NCBI GenBank assembly: GCA_041661545.1
Contig: JBAZUH010000001.1
Location: 19,408-83,407, forward strand
Direction: 5' to 3'
DNA: 64,000 bases
Origin: Candidatus Staskawiczbacteria bacterium
GTDB taxonomy: Bacteria > Patescibacteriota > Minisyncoccia > Minisyncoccales > Staskawiczbacteraceae
Below, one piece after another: positions 1 to 9,539 of this stretch. Every line of letters begins with the position of its first letter. The first letter of the stretch is position 1. The notes below the pieces were generated by a model. It was not told the origin of the DNA. It did no database searches and worked only from the letters and a program-made list of their open reading frames with translations. Made by a program: the position numbers and the translations under genes.

Positions 1-18
1 ATTATTTAGTTAAAATCT

Positions 19-690
19 ATGCGAAAAATTAGAGAGGTTAATGGCTCAAATTATGAGCGCAAATCAGTAAAAACTCGTTTACTTAATTTTGGTGACGACA
101 TATTTGAAGTTATAAAAGAATATGTTTTGCCCCAAAAACAAGAAGGTGATTGGTTGGCTATATCTGAAAAAGTAGTTTCGGTTTGTCAAAATAATGTTAG
201 ACATATATCTACTGTAAGGGCTGGTTTTTTAGCCAAAACAATTGTTAAGTTTGTAAAAAAATATCCAAAAGATATAGGCTATTCAAGACCCGAAAAAATG
301 CAGGTAGCCGTAGAGATGTCTGGAAGACTACGAATGATTTTTGCTATAATTTTGGGTAGTATTTTTAAAGTGTTTGGCATTAAAGGAGTTTTTTGGATAG
401 TAGCAGGAAAGCGAGTTTCTGAAATTGATGGATTTAATCCTTCTGCAATGTGGCCATATACAGATTATGCAATTTTACCACCTAAAAACCCAGAAGAATT
501 ATGCAATGAAATTGAGCAAAAATTAAAATTACCCACAGTTATAATAGATGGTAATAATATTAACGTAAAAATTATTTCAATGAGCAAAGGCATGCCCGTT
601 GATGCAAAAACTGCACGGCTGGTTTTGTTAGACAATCCAATGGGGCAGGATGATGAAATGACCCCGTTTATTCTTTCAAGAAAAATATGA
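19..690 (+). CDS. CofE-like (coenzyme F420-0:L-glutamate ligase family) protein
   Basis: N-terminal GDDI...GDWLAISEKVVSVCQ pattern resembles the CofE/F420-gamma-glutamyl ligase fold; 223 aa, ends 3 nt into murJ. Confidence 0.4.
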   Translation: MRKIREVNGSNYERKSVKTRLLNFGDDIFEVIKEYVLPQKQEGDWLAISEKVVSVCQNNVRHISTVRAGFLAKTIVKFVKKYPKDIGYSRPEKMQVAVEMSGRLRMIFAIILGSIFKVFGIKGVFWIVAGKRVSEIDGFNPSAMWPYTDYAILPPKNPEELCNEIEQKLKLPTVIIDGNNINVKIISMSKGMPVDAKTARLVLLDNPMGQDDEMTPFILSRKI

Positions 691-2324
691 TACAAAAATT
701 TCTTCACTCGCAGTCAAAAAGTATTAGTTCAGCTTCTCTTATTTTAGCAATCTCTTCTTTGGGTTCAGCGGTTTTAGGTTTGATAAGAGACCGTCTTTTA
801 GCGGGAACTTTTGGAGCTGGTGATAAACTTGACGTTTATTATTCTGCTTTTACCGTGCCAGATTTTGTTGCTTTAATTTTAATATTTGGCGCCATTTCAG
901 CTGCAGTTATTCCTATATTTAGTGGTTATTTAGTAAAGTCTGACAAAGAAGCATGGAAATATTTTTCAGCTCTTTTAAATGTTTTTTTTGGATTTTTAAT
1001 TTTGGTCTCGGTTGTTTTAATAATTTTTGCACCATTTATTGTGTCTTTAACCGCACCCGGATTTTCTGGAGAAAAAAGAGATTTAGCCATTTTATTAATG
1101 CGTATTATGTTTTTAAGTCCTATTATTTTAGGAGCTTCAAATATGATAAGCGGAGTGCTACAAATTTTTCACAGATTTTTAGTAACAGCTTTAGCTCCAT
1201 TGTTATATAATATTGGAATAATAATTGGTATTGTATTTTTTGTTCCAGAAATGGGCTTGCAGGGATTAGCTTGGGGGGTAGTGCTGGGTGGATTTTTGCA
1301 TTTATTTATTCAACTGCCATCGTTATTTTTTTCTGGCTTTAGATATAAGCCAGATTTTAATTATAAAAACCCCGGAGTTATAAAAACTATAAAACTTATG
1401 GCGCCCAGATCTCTTGGTTTGGGAGCAGGGCAACTAAATAAAGTTGCTACAACTGCCATTGCTTCAACTTTAATGTCGGGGTCTATAGCAGTTTTTAATT
1501 TAGCAAACAACTTGTCTTCTATGTTAGTTAATGCTGTGGCGGCATCTATTTCTACGGCGTCTTTTCCTGCAATGTCGATGGCTTATTTAAAAGAAGAAAA
1601 AACAGAATTTTTGCAGAAGTTTTCTAACATATTTAGGCAAATACTTTTTTTAACAATTCCAATTAGTTTATTGCTTTTAATTTTAAGAGCACAAATAGTT
1701 AGAGTTGTTTTAGGTGTAGGAAAATTTGATTGGGCAGATACAAAACTAACAACAGCTTGTTTGGGCATATTGGCATTAAATTTAATTGCTCAAGCATTAA
1801 TTTTATTTATATCAAAAACATTTTATGCCGCTCATAACACAAAAATTCCTGCAGTAATAAGTGGATTAACAGTGGCATTTAACATTATGTTAAGTTTGGT
1901 GATGGTTTGGCTAGTTAGCGTTTCAGCGGGTTTTAATTTATTTTTACAAAATCTTTTAAGATTAAATGGGGTAGCAAATGTTGGAGTAATTGCGTTGGCC
2001 TTGGCCTACACAATAACAGCTGTCATAGAATGTATTTTGCTTTTATATATGTTTTATAAAAAATTCCCCAAATTAAAAACGCAAGAAATTTATGATTCTT
2101 TAAATAAAATATTGCTTGCCAGTTTTATAATGGTAGTTTTTACTTTTATATCAAGACAAATTTTGGGATCTAATATAAGTTTGCAAACATTTTGGGGGGT
2201 ATTTTTACAGTTAGTAATATCTGGAACAGTTGGGGTTTTAACTTACGCTGTTGTTACTCATTTATTAAAATCACCAGAAAATAAAGCAATAATGGAAAGT
2301 ATTACCAAAAAAATATTCGGTTAA
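687..2324 (+). CDS. murJ: lipid II flippase MurJ (MviN)
   Basis: 545 aa polytopic membrane protein; N-terminal SSASLILAISSLGSAVLGLIRDRLLAGTFGAGDKLDVYYSAFTVPDF is the canonical MurJ signature. Confidence 0.9.
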   Translation: MIQKFLHSQSKSISSASLILAISSLGSAVLGLIRDRLLAGTFGAGDKLDVYYSAFTVPDFVALILIFGAISAAVIPIFSGYLVKSDKEAWKYFSALLNVFFGFLILVSVVLIIFAPFIVSLTAPGFSGEKRDLAILLMRIMFLSPIILGASNMISGVLQIFHRFLVTALAPLLYNIGIIIGIVFFVPEMGLQGLAWGVVLGGFLHLFIQLPSLFFSGFRYKPDFNYKNPGVIKTIKLMAPRSLGLGAGQLNKVATTAIASTLMSGSIAVFNLANNLSSMLVNAVAASISTASFPAMSMAYLKEEKTEFLQKFSNIFRQILFLTIPISLLLLILRAQIVRVVLGVGKFDWADTKLTTACLGILALNLIAQALILFISKTFYAAHNTKIPAVISGLTVAFNIMLSLVMVWLVSVSAGFNLFLQNLLRLNGVANVGVIALALAYTITAVIECILLLYMFYKKFPKLKTQEIYDSLNKILLASFIMVVFTFISRQILGSNISLQTFWGVFLQLVISGTVGVLTYAVVTHLLKSPENKAIMESITKKIFG

Positions 2325-2329
2325 ACAAT

Positions 2330-4132
2330 ATGCAGGAAAATATAAGAAATTTTAGTATTATAGCTCACATTGATCACGGAAAATCGACTCTTGCCGATAG
2401 GCTTTTAGAGTTAACCAATACAATAGATAAGAAAAAAATGATGCCTCAGTTTTTAGATTCTATGGATTTAGAAAGAGAGAAGGGAATTACTATAAAACTA
2501 AAAGCCATTAGAATGAATTATAACTTTGAAGATAAAGACTACATTTTAAACTTGGTTGATACTCCTGGGCATGTTGATTTTTCTTATGAAGTTTCAAGAT
2601 CTATGGAAGCTGTTGAAGGGGCTGTTTTATTAGTTGACGCAACTCAAGGAATTCAGGCACAAACACTGGCAAATTTAGAATTGGCTAAAAAGCAAAATTT
2701 AAAAATTATTCCTGTTGTAAACAAAATTGATTCGCCAATTGCTAAAGTAGAGGAAACTCTTGAAGAACTTTCTAATCTTTTAGATATTTTACCCGATGAA
2801 ATAATAAAAATTTCAGCCAAAGACGGAACAAATGTTTTACAAGTTTTAGAAACTGTTATTAAAGAAGTCCCACCTCCAATAGAATCTGTTAAGCAAGATT
2901 TTAGAGCTTTAATTTTTGATTCGGAGTATGATTCTTTTAAAGGGGTTATTGCTTATGTAAGAGTTGTTGATGGTGAAATTAATAATGGAGATAAAATAGA
3001 ATTAATGGCCACGAAAGCTTTGGCTGAAGTAAAAGAGCTTGGCTATTTAAACCCAACATTTTCTGCCAAAGATAAAATTAAAGCAGGAGATATTGGATAT
3101 ATTGCAACAGGAATAAAAGAGCCAGGAAAGGTGACAGCTGGTGACACAATTATAAAGTTACAAACGGTAGCTACAAAGGGAACTGTTAAGCCCTTGCCAG
3201 GATATCAAGAGCCAAAACCAATGGTGTTTGCTAGTTTATATCCAGAAAATCCAGATGACTTTGATGTATTAAAAGTTGCCTTAGGAAAATTAAAATTAAG
3301 TGACCCAGCATTAGTTTTTGAACAAGAAATGAAAGAGGCGTTAGGACGGGGATTTAACTGTGGATTTTTAGGAACTTTGCACATAGAAATTATTTCTGAA
3401 AGACTGGCCAGAGAATTTGGTTTAGATTTAGTAATTTCTGTGCCGTCGGTTGTTTATAGAATTTTTGACCAAAAAGGAAAAGAAACTTTAATTCACTCCG
3501 CGTCTGATTGGCCAGAAAATCCTTCTACAATAAAAAATACAGAAGAGCCGTGGGTTTCTTTAGAGGTTATTGCTCCGTCTAATCAAATGGGTAAATTAAT
3601 GGAAATTTTAAAAAGTTTAAAGGGCAACTATGTTACTACAAATTATTTGAGCACAGAAAGAGTAATAATAATTTTTGAAACTCCTTTGAGAGGAATAATT
3701 GCAAATCTTTATGACAAAATAAAAACAGCTAGCCAAGGTTATGCATCAATGAGTTATAATCTTATAGGATATAGGCCTGGCAAATTAGTTAAAATGGAAA
3801 TTTGGGTTGCCGGTCATAAAGAAGAAGCATTTTCAAGAGTTGTTGCAGAAGACGAATCTTATGTTGAAGGTAAAAGAATGGTTGAAAAATTAAAAGACGT
3901 TTTACCTCCCGAGCAATTTTCTGTTGCCTTGCAAGCAGTAATTGGCGGAAAAGTTATTGCTCGTGAAACTATTAAAGCTTATATGAAAGATGTTGCAGGA
4001 TATTTGTATGGTGGAGATATAACTAGAAAAAATAAACTTCGCGACAAGCAGAAAAAAGGGAAAAAACTTATGAAACAAAAAGGAAAAGTTAATGTTCCTA
4101 CTAAAGCCTTTCTCGAAGTGTTTAGGGCATAA
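2330..4132 (+). CDS. lepA: translation elongation factor 4 (LepA)
   Basis: NFSIIAHIDHGKSTLADRLL G1 motif, DTPGHVDF, NKID; 600 aa with LepA C-terminal domain. Confidence 0.93.
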   Translation: MQENIRNFSIIAHIDHGKSTLADRLLELTNTIDKKKMMPQFLDSMDLEREKGITIKLKAIRMNYNFEDKDYILNLVDTPGHVDFSYEVSRSMEAVEGAVLLVDATQGIQAQTLANLELAKKQNLKIIPVVNKIDSPIAKVEETLEELSNLLDILPDEIIKISAKDGTNVLQVLETVIKEVPPPIESVKQDFRALIFDSEYDSFKGVIAYVRVVDGEINNGDKIELMATKALAEVKELGYLNPTFSAKDKIKAGDIGYIATGIKEPGKVTAGDTIIKLQTVATKGTVKPLPGYQEPKPMVFASLYPENPDDFDVLKVALGKLKLSDPALVFEQEMKEALGRGFNCGFLGTLHIEIISERLAREFGLDLVISVPSVVYRIFDQKGKETLIHSASDWPENPSTIKNTEEPWVSLEVIAPSNQMGKLMEILKSLKGNYVTTNYLSTERVIIIFETPLRGIIANLYDKIKTASQGYASMSYNLIGYRPGKLVKMEIWVAGHKEEAFSRVVAEDESYVEGKRMVEKLKDVLPPEQFSVALQAVIGGKVIARETIKAYMKDVAGYLYGGDITRKNKLRDKQKKGKKLMKQKGKVNVPTKAFLEVFRA

Positions 4133-4192
4133 AGTATATACTTTATTATTTTAGATATAGTATAATTAATAAATATTAGTAAAGATTTAAAA

Positions 4193-5863
4193 ATGAAAAT
4201 AAAAATATTTTTAATTTCAATATTATTAATTTCTGTTTTTTGTTTTTCTTCTATTGCGTTAGCACAAACAATGACAGAGGCTCAGAGGCAATCATTAATT
4301 GCACAGTTTCAGACACAAATAGCCCAGTTGCAGCAACAAATAGTTCAAATGCAACAAGAACAGCAGGGAAATACTTCTACTAGTGCTTCGTGGTGTTATA
4401 CTTTTAATAATAATTTAGGATATGCCCAATCTGGCACCAGCGAAATAGCCTCTTTGCATACAGCCTTACAAAAAGAAGCAATTGCTTATGGTTCTGATGA
4501 CCTTTATACTTATTCAACGGGAACAGTAGAGGCAATTAAACAATTTCAAAAAAAATATAAAGTTAAAGCTAATACAGCTGGTTATGTGGGGGCGACTACA
4601 AGAGATAAATTAAATGAACTTTATGAGTGTAATAAAGATTGTAAGCCTAATTGGAAATCTGAGGCATGGAGTATTTGTACAAATAGCAAGCAAACTAGAA
4701 TTGTAACAGACTTAAATAATTGTGGCAAAACAACAAACAAACCAAAAACAGAACAATCATGTAAAGTTAAGCCAATTGATATTAATGTAGATGGTTCTGA
4801 CGGCCCGGTAAATATTTTCTTAACAATAGGTAATGGAGCATTAATAAATGGTTCAGTAATTGGTTTGTCTAGTAATGTTGTATTGCAATGGACAGGAAAT
4901 AATGTTTCTTCCTGCACTGCATCTGACACATTAACGCCAAAAATATTTTCTGGGTATAAAGCCTCATCTGGTTCTTATACGGTTAATTTATCTGGAGATA
5001 TAACAGGAGCATCTAGTAGTGACAAAGTTTCTGGTACATTTAAAGTGACTTGTGTATCAACTACAACTGGTGCCAAAGTAAGCGATAGTATAACAGTAAA
5101 TCTTTATTATAATGCCAATGCAAATTGTAATCCCAATTGGCAATGTGCAACATGGGGTGCATGCACAAGTGGCAAGCAAGCTAGAACATGCGTAGATTTA
5201 AATGGTTGTTTATCTTTAGCTGGAAAACCAGCCTTAACGCAATCTTGTATTGGGTGTGTTCCTAATTGGCTGACACCAGGACCATGGACTACTTGTGTTA
5301 ACGGAAAACAAACTAGAATGGTAGCAGATCAAAATAATTGTGGCACAACAACTAACAAACCCGCAACTAGTCAGTCTTGTTGTTCAGCGGAATGTTTAAA
5401 CCAATCAGGTGAAATATGGGCAATAAATTGCTCGGGAACTTTAACAAAATGTACCTCAGGAAAAATATGTCAGTTAACGCACAGTGCTAGCACATCATAT
5501 AGCGGTGGGGTGTTGCAAACTACCCAAACTTTAACAGGGGCACAATGTGTAACCCTAGTTTGCATTCCGGGATGGACTTATACTAATTGGAGTGCATGCA
5601 TAGATGGTAAACGCACAAGAACAGCCGAAGATTCAAGTAAGTGCGGGGTGACAACGGGCCGAGAAGCGCTTAGTGAAACTTGTTGTTCTGCAGTATGTTT
5701 AACTCAAGATAATATAACTTATGCTATAAGTTGTAGTGGGTCAGTTACAAAATGTGCAGCCGACAGGACATGTAGAGAGACATATAGCACAACGACTTCT
5801 TTGGTAAATGGTGTTGTTCAAACAACACAGAAACTAACTGGCACACAGTGTGTGTTACCCTAG
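4193..5863 (+). CDS. secreted Cys-rich repeat protein (signal peptide, Q-rich coiled coil, about 5 CxPNW...W..C..GKQ.R...D.N.CG repeats)
   Basis: N-terminal hydrophobic signal; repeated cysteine-spaced modules read directly from the translation. Confidence 0.6.
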   Translation: MKIKIFLISILLISVFCFSSIALAQTMTEAQRQSLIAQFQTQIAQLQQQIVQMQQEQQGNTSTSASWCYTFNNNLGYAQSGTSEIASLHTALQKEAIAYGSDDLYTYSTGTVEAIKQFQKKYKVKANTAGYVGATTRDKLNELYECNKDCKPNWKSEAWSICTNSKQTRIVTDLNNCGKTTNKPKTEQSCKVKPIDINVDGSDGPVNIFLTIGNGALINGSVIGLSSNVVLQWTGNNVSSCTASDTLTPKIFSGYKASSGSYTVNLSGDITGASSSDKVSGTFKVTCVSTTTGAKVSDSITVNLYYNANANCNPNWQCATWGACTSGKQARTCVDLNGCLSLAGKPALTQSCIGCVPNWLTPGPWTTCVNGKQTRMVADQNNCGTTTNKPATSQSCCSAECLNQSGEIWAINCSGTLTKCTSGKICQLTHSASTSYSGGVLQTTQTLTGAQCVTLVCIPGWTYTNWSACIDGKRTRTAEDSSKCGVTTGREALSETCCSAVCLTQDNITYAISCSGSVTKCAADRTCRETYSTTTSLVNGVVQTTQKLTGTQCVLP

Positions 5864-6420
5864 TTGGCAACCCAGCAATCTTGCATTGCTCAGTAGTATT
5901 AAGGTTGACAATAATCTTTAATAGATGTATAATTGTAGCATATTTTAGAAATAGCTCATTTGCAATTTAAAAAGATAGATTGTGGCTTTAAGAGAATTAT
6001 ACAGGTTCTTTTAAAGCCGTGATCTATCTTGTCTAGGATAGAAGTCTGGCAAAGGGACAAAATCAAACACACTAACACACTATGAACGGAAATCGCGCCG
6101 AGCGTCGTCCTCGGCAGTTGACCAAAAAATCCACGGGCCATAAGGCTTGTGTCGAAGAGACGGTCGTTGTGGGCACTTTGAAGCCTTTGAAACGCTGGTT
6201 TAACCAGGTCGATCGTCGGTCATTTAGGGACAATTTGGTAGGGCTTATCGTCGAGGAAGATCTCTTCGAGGAGCCACCGCGAAAGCCCCCCTTGGGCTCC
6301 GCGACGATTACCCTGACTGGAGTCTATTTCTATCCGGGTCACCGTAAGGGGGCCTGATTCGTTTTCGCCATAGCCATGGCACAGCTGGCGGCTCACACTA
6401 TTCGCGTTGTGTGCAGTCGT

Positions 6421-6446
6421 CAGCCTTTTTTTATATAAAAAGGCTG
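6421..6446. terminator. perfect 10-bp A/T-flanked hairpin (CAGCCTTTTT/AAAAAGGCTG), possible bidirectional terminator between the GC-rich element and the convergent MBL gene
   Basis: inverted repeat read directly. Confidence 0.45.
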
Positions 6447-6467
6447 AAATTGGTGATGGGTTGTAAC

Positions 6468-7874
6468 TTATATAGTGCACGATTGACCCATTGTAGGAAT
6501 TTCTACGGGCAATAATGGATGAGATTTTTCCATTAATTCTTTGAAAACTGTAGCTTGAGGAAGTTCTGTATGAACTAAAAATAATTTTTGTAGATTTTTT
6601 GTATTTAAAATATATGACGCAAGATTATTTTGGTCAGCATGTGCTGAAAATTCATAAAGAGTTTTTATTTGAGCTCTAATATTATATTGTCGTCCATAAA
6701 TTTTAATAGGAGAAGTTCTTTCTTGAATTTTTCTACCCAAAGTATTTTCTGCTTGATATCCTGTTATTAAAATTATATTTTGAGGATTTCCTATATTATT
6801 TTTTAAGTGGTGCAAAACTCGTCCGCCTTCGCACATGCCCGAGGCTGAAATAATCATCATTGGGCCAGGTTTATTGTTTAACGACTTAGATTCCTCAACA
6901 GATTTTATATAGGTTAAATTATTCAACAAAAAAGCCGAATCTCCACGTGAACCAAAATCTTTTTGAAAATTACTATTAAAATTCTTTATATATCTTGGGA
7001 AAATTTTTGTGATATTTTGGGCAAGTGGGCTATCTATATATATTGGTATTGCAGGAATTAATTTTTGATCTACTAATTTATGTAAAATATAAATAATATC
7101 TTGTGTTCTGCCCAAAGAAAAAGCAGGAACAATTATTTTGCCTTTATTTTTTATTGCTGTTGCAATTGCTCCTTTAAAATTGCCCGTGGCATCTGATATT
7201 GGTTGGTGATTTCTATCGCCATAGGTGCATTCGGCAATAAGAATATCAACATTTTCTGATATATATTCTGGTGGTGGTAAAATGGGGGAGTTGTCTCTGC
7301 CCAAATCTCCGGTAAAAGCAATAGTTTTTACTACTTCGCCTTCTTTTATTTCTATAAGAATTACTGCAGATCCTAAAATATGACCAGCATCATAAAGCTT
7401 AAATTTTATATTTTCGTTTAAATTTGTCCAACTATTGCTTTGTTTAAAATATTCAACTGGTTCAAAGTGTGTAACAGCATTTTCAACATCTTGTTCTGTA
7501 TAAATTGGAAAAATTTCTTCTTCGCCTGGCTCTAGGTGGCTGTTAAAATATATTGCATCTTGTTTTTGTATTTCAGCAGAATCTAGCAAAATATATTTTG
7601 CAATTTCGGCGGTAGCTGGGGTGCAATAAATTTTTCCTTTAAATCCTTGTTTTACTAAAATAGGCAAAGTTCCGCAATGGTCTAGGTGAGCATGCGAAAG
7701 TATAACAGCATCTATTTCTTTAGCATCAAAGGGCAGAGTGCTATTTAATTTATTTGATTGGGCTCTTCTGCCCTGGTAAAATCCGCAATCTAAAAGCAAA
7801 TTATATCCATTTGATTGTATCAAGTGTTTAGAGCCCGTAACATTTTGATCTGCTCCTAAAAAATTAATTTTCAT
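6468..7874 (-). CDS. MBL-fold metallo-hydrolase, beta-CASP RNA-metabolising family (RNase J/CPSF-like)
   Basis: HAHLDHCG metallo-beta-lactamase motif near the N-terminus, 468 aa, C-terminal beta-CASP-like region. Confidence 0.75.
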   Translation of the reverse strand: MKINFLGADQNVTGSKHLIQSNGYNLLLDCGFYQGRRAQSNKLNSTLPFDAKEIDAVILSHAHLDHCGTLPILVKQGFKGKIYCTPATAEIAKYILLDSAEIQKQDAIYFNSHLEPGEEEIFPIYTEQDVENAVTHFEPVEYFKQSNSWTNLNENIKFKLYDAGHILGSAVILIEIKEGEVVKTIAFTGDLGRDNSPILPPPEYISENVDILIAECTYGDRNHQPISDATGNFKGAIATAIKNKGKIIVPAFSLGRTQDIIYILHKLVDQKLIPAIPIYIDSPLAQNITKIFPRYIKNFNSNFQKDFGSRGDSAFLLNNLTYIKSVEESKSLNNKPGPMMIISASGMCEGGRVLHHLKNNIGNPQNIILITGYQAENTLGRKIQERTSPIKIYGRQYNIRAQIKTLYEFSAHADQNNLASYILNTKNLQKLFLVHTELPQATVFKELMEKSHPLLPVEIPTMGQSCTI

Positions 7875-8001
7875 TTGCTGTATTTTTATGATTTCATTTA
7901 ATTATTATAGTATAATAAGCCACAACTAACAAAGCAAGCAAACTTGATTGGATTAAAATTTTGTGTTAAAGTAATACTATTACGAAATGGTCGTAATTCG
8001 T

Positions 8002-8344
8002 GGGCCGTGGAGGAGTAGTACCTCGGCAGTCTCATGTTCAAATCCCGTACAATTCGGGTTGGATGCGTGACCCTAGGCGGTAACGTCTAGTGGAAAAATT
8101 CCTTAAATTGCTGGAAACCCATAAAGTTCTTTTCGCTACAGCACAATCTGAAAGGATAAATGCGAATGCTTAAAAAGAAAAGAAATTTGGCAATCAGCAG
8201 CCAAACCTCATAAAGTGGGGGAGGTTCAGAGACTATAATAGGAATTACCAATTTACAGTAGTTGGTAAGTGGTATAGTCCATTCCTTTTGGAAACACAAG
8301 GTATAAAAGAAGCTGCAGGCCCCCGTGCAATTCGGGGCGGCCCA
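8002..8344 (+). ncRNA. ssrA: candidate tmRNA (ssrA)
   Basis: 5' UGGGCCG pairs with 3' CGGCCCA as a 7-bp acceptor-like stem; an immediately adjacent 5-bp hairpin CCCCG-UGCAAUU-CGGGG with a 7-nt T-like loop; discriminator A; total length about 343 nt; internal frame GCA CAA UCU GAA AGG AUA AAU GCG AAU GCU UAA (tag AQSERINANA) at 8141-8173; no long ORF; elevated GC. The T-loop has G at the usual U55 position and the tag ending is atypical, so this is tentative. Confidence 0.35.
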
Positions 8345-8403
8345 ACATTGTAATTGTCTTGGACTAACGGTATAATGAAATAATTATTATATTCGTTAGT
8401 CCA

Positions 8404-9096
8404 ATGGCAAAAACATTAGAAAAAAATAAAGCACTAACATTAAGGGAGAAGGGAAGAAGCATTGGTGAGATTTCAGAATTATTAAATATTCCTAAAAGCA
8501 CAGTTGGTGTTTGGTGTAGAAATTTGAAGCTTGGAAAGAAACAAATTGAGAGATTGGCAAAAAGGCAAAAGTCTGGAAGTTACAAGGGTAGGCTGAAATA
8601 TTTAGAAAACGTGAGGAGAAATAGAATATTTCAAACTGAAAAATTAAAACGGGAAGGCCTTGATGATATTAAGAGTATTAATAAGAGGGATTTATTCGTT
8701 GCAGGAATAGGAATGTATTTGAGCGAGGGTGCAACGTCAGATAGTAATGAAGAAGTAAGTTTTACGAATTCCGATTATAGAACAGTTCTTTTTATGGTAA
8801 GATGGTTTAATGAAATTTGTGAGGTTAAAAATGACAGATTTATTATTCAAATTAGAATAAATAAAGCGCATAAAAATAGAGTAGCTAAAGTGGAAAGTTA
8901 TTGGTCAAAAATTATTAATGTTTCTTTATCTCAGTTTAGTAAAACAGTTTTGATAAAAAGTAAAAGTAAAAAGATTTACCCCAAAGATAATGTTTATTAC
9001 GGAACGATTAGATTAAAAATTAGACAGGGAACTCAGTTAAGGCGAAAAATAAATGGCTGGGTGGAGGGATTATTGAAAATTAGAGAGAGTAATTAA
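8404..9096 (+). CDS. HTH-domain protein with possible LAGLIDADG-like homing-endonuclease fold
   Basis: N-terminal resolvase-type HTH (LREKGRSIGEISELLNIPKSTVGVW); central FVAGIGMYLSEGA resembles a degenerate LAGLIDADG motif. Confidence 0.3.
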   Translation: MAKTLEKNKALTLREKGRSIGEISELLNIPKSTVGVWCRNLKLGKKQIERLAKRQKSGSYKGRLKYLENVRRNRIFQTEKLKREGLDDIKSINKRDLFVAGIGMYLSEGATSDSNEEVSFTNSDYRTVLFMVRWFNEICEVKNDRFIIQIRINKAHKNRVAKVESYWSKIINVSLSQFSKTVLIKSKSKKIYPKDNVYYGTIRLKIRQGTQLRRKINGWVEGLLKIRESN

Positions 9097-9097
9097 T

Positions 9098-9352
9098 ATG
9101 TGGTTTGTTTATATAATAAAATGTGTTGATGGTTCTTTATATACCGGTTATACAAATGACTTGGAAAAAAGGTTTGAAAAGCATAAATCGGGCAAGGGAA
9201 GCAAATATATTAGGTCACATGCTCCGGAGAAAATTGTTTATTCTGAAAAGCATTATAAAAAAATTGTTGCACTAAGAAGAGAAAGAGAAATTAAAAAATT
9301 GACCCATAAAGAAAAGTTAATATTTTTGGAGAATAAAAATATGCCGGGGTAG
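9098..9352 (+). CDS. GIY-YIG nuclease family protein (small stand-alone)
   Basis: FVYIIKCVDGSLYTGYTNDLEKRFEKH... matches the GIY-YIG core (YIG variant YTG); 84 aa. Confidence 0.6.
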   Translation: MWFVYIIKCVDGSLYTGYTNDLEKRFEKHKSGKGSKYIRSHAPEKIVYSEKHYKKIVALRREREIKKLTHKEKLIFLENKNMPG

Positions 9353-9416
9353 CTCAGTTGGTAAGAGCGCAACACTCATAACGTTGAGGTCGTGGGTTCG
9401 ACTCCCACCCTCGGCA
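9343..9416 (+). tRNA. tRNA-Met (anticodon CAT)
   Basis: GCCGGGGTAGCTCAGTTGGTAAGAGC...ACTCATAACG...GGTTCGACTCC...CCTCGGCA; cloverleaf folds by hand, 7-bp acceptor including a G-U pair. Confidence 0.85.
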
Positions 9417-9460
9417 CATAATTGAAAATTTTTTATTAATAATTTATAGTTTATAATAAT

Positions 9461-9539
9461 GCGGGCATGGTCCAGCCTGGTTTAAGACGCCTCCCTGTCA
9501 CGGAGGAGATCGGGGGTTCAAATCCCCCTGCCCGCGCCA
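9461..9539 (+). tRNA. tRNA-Asp (anticodon GTC), CCA encoded
   Basis: acceptor GCGGGCA/TGCCCGC, anticodon stem-loop CCTCC-CTGTCAC-GGAGG, T arm GGGGG-TTCAAAT-CCCCC, 3' GCCA; D arm atypically long. Confidence 0.7.

Noticed and set aside
465-1768. Small ORFs 465-707(-), 953-1210(+) and 1583-1768(-)
   Set aside because: Embedded in or antisense to the CofE-like and murJ genes; low-complexity translations
5956-6480. ORFs 5956-6141(-), 6082-6357(+) and 6220-6480(-) inside the GC-rich segment
   Set aside because: Mutually overlapping, no RBS, Arg/Gly/Pro-rich composition typical of random frames in GC-rich DNA; treated as noncoding
8034-8043. GTTCAAATCC T-loop-like motif inside the candidate tmRNA 5' region
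   Set aside because: Flanking bases cannot form a T stem (CATG vs CCCG), so it is not a tRNA-like arm; the same decamer also occurs in the genuine T arm of tRNA-Asp, so this is a chance match
8087-8299. 70-aa minus-strand ORF inside the candidate tmRNA
   Set aside because: No RBS, lies within a structured noncoding-looking segment, odd composition
7996-8350. RNase P RNA as an alternative identity for this segment, and for 6060-6446
   Set aside because: No GGAAAGUCCGGGCUCC (P4/CR-I) or GGUAA.AGC (CR-II) motifs found by eye on either strand; many CPR-type genomes use protein-only RNase P. Only a GNRA-capped helix (CUAGGCG-GUAA-CGUCUAG at about 8083-8100) is shared, which is not specific
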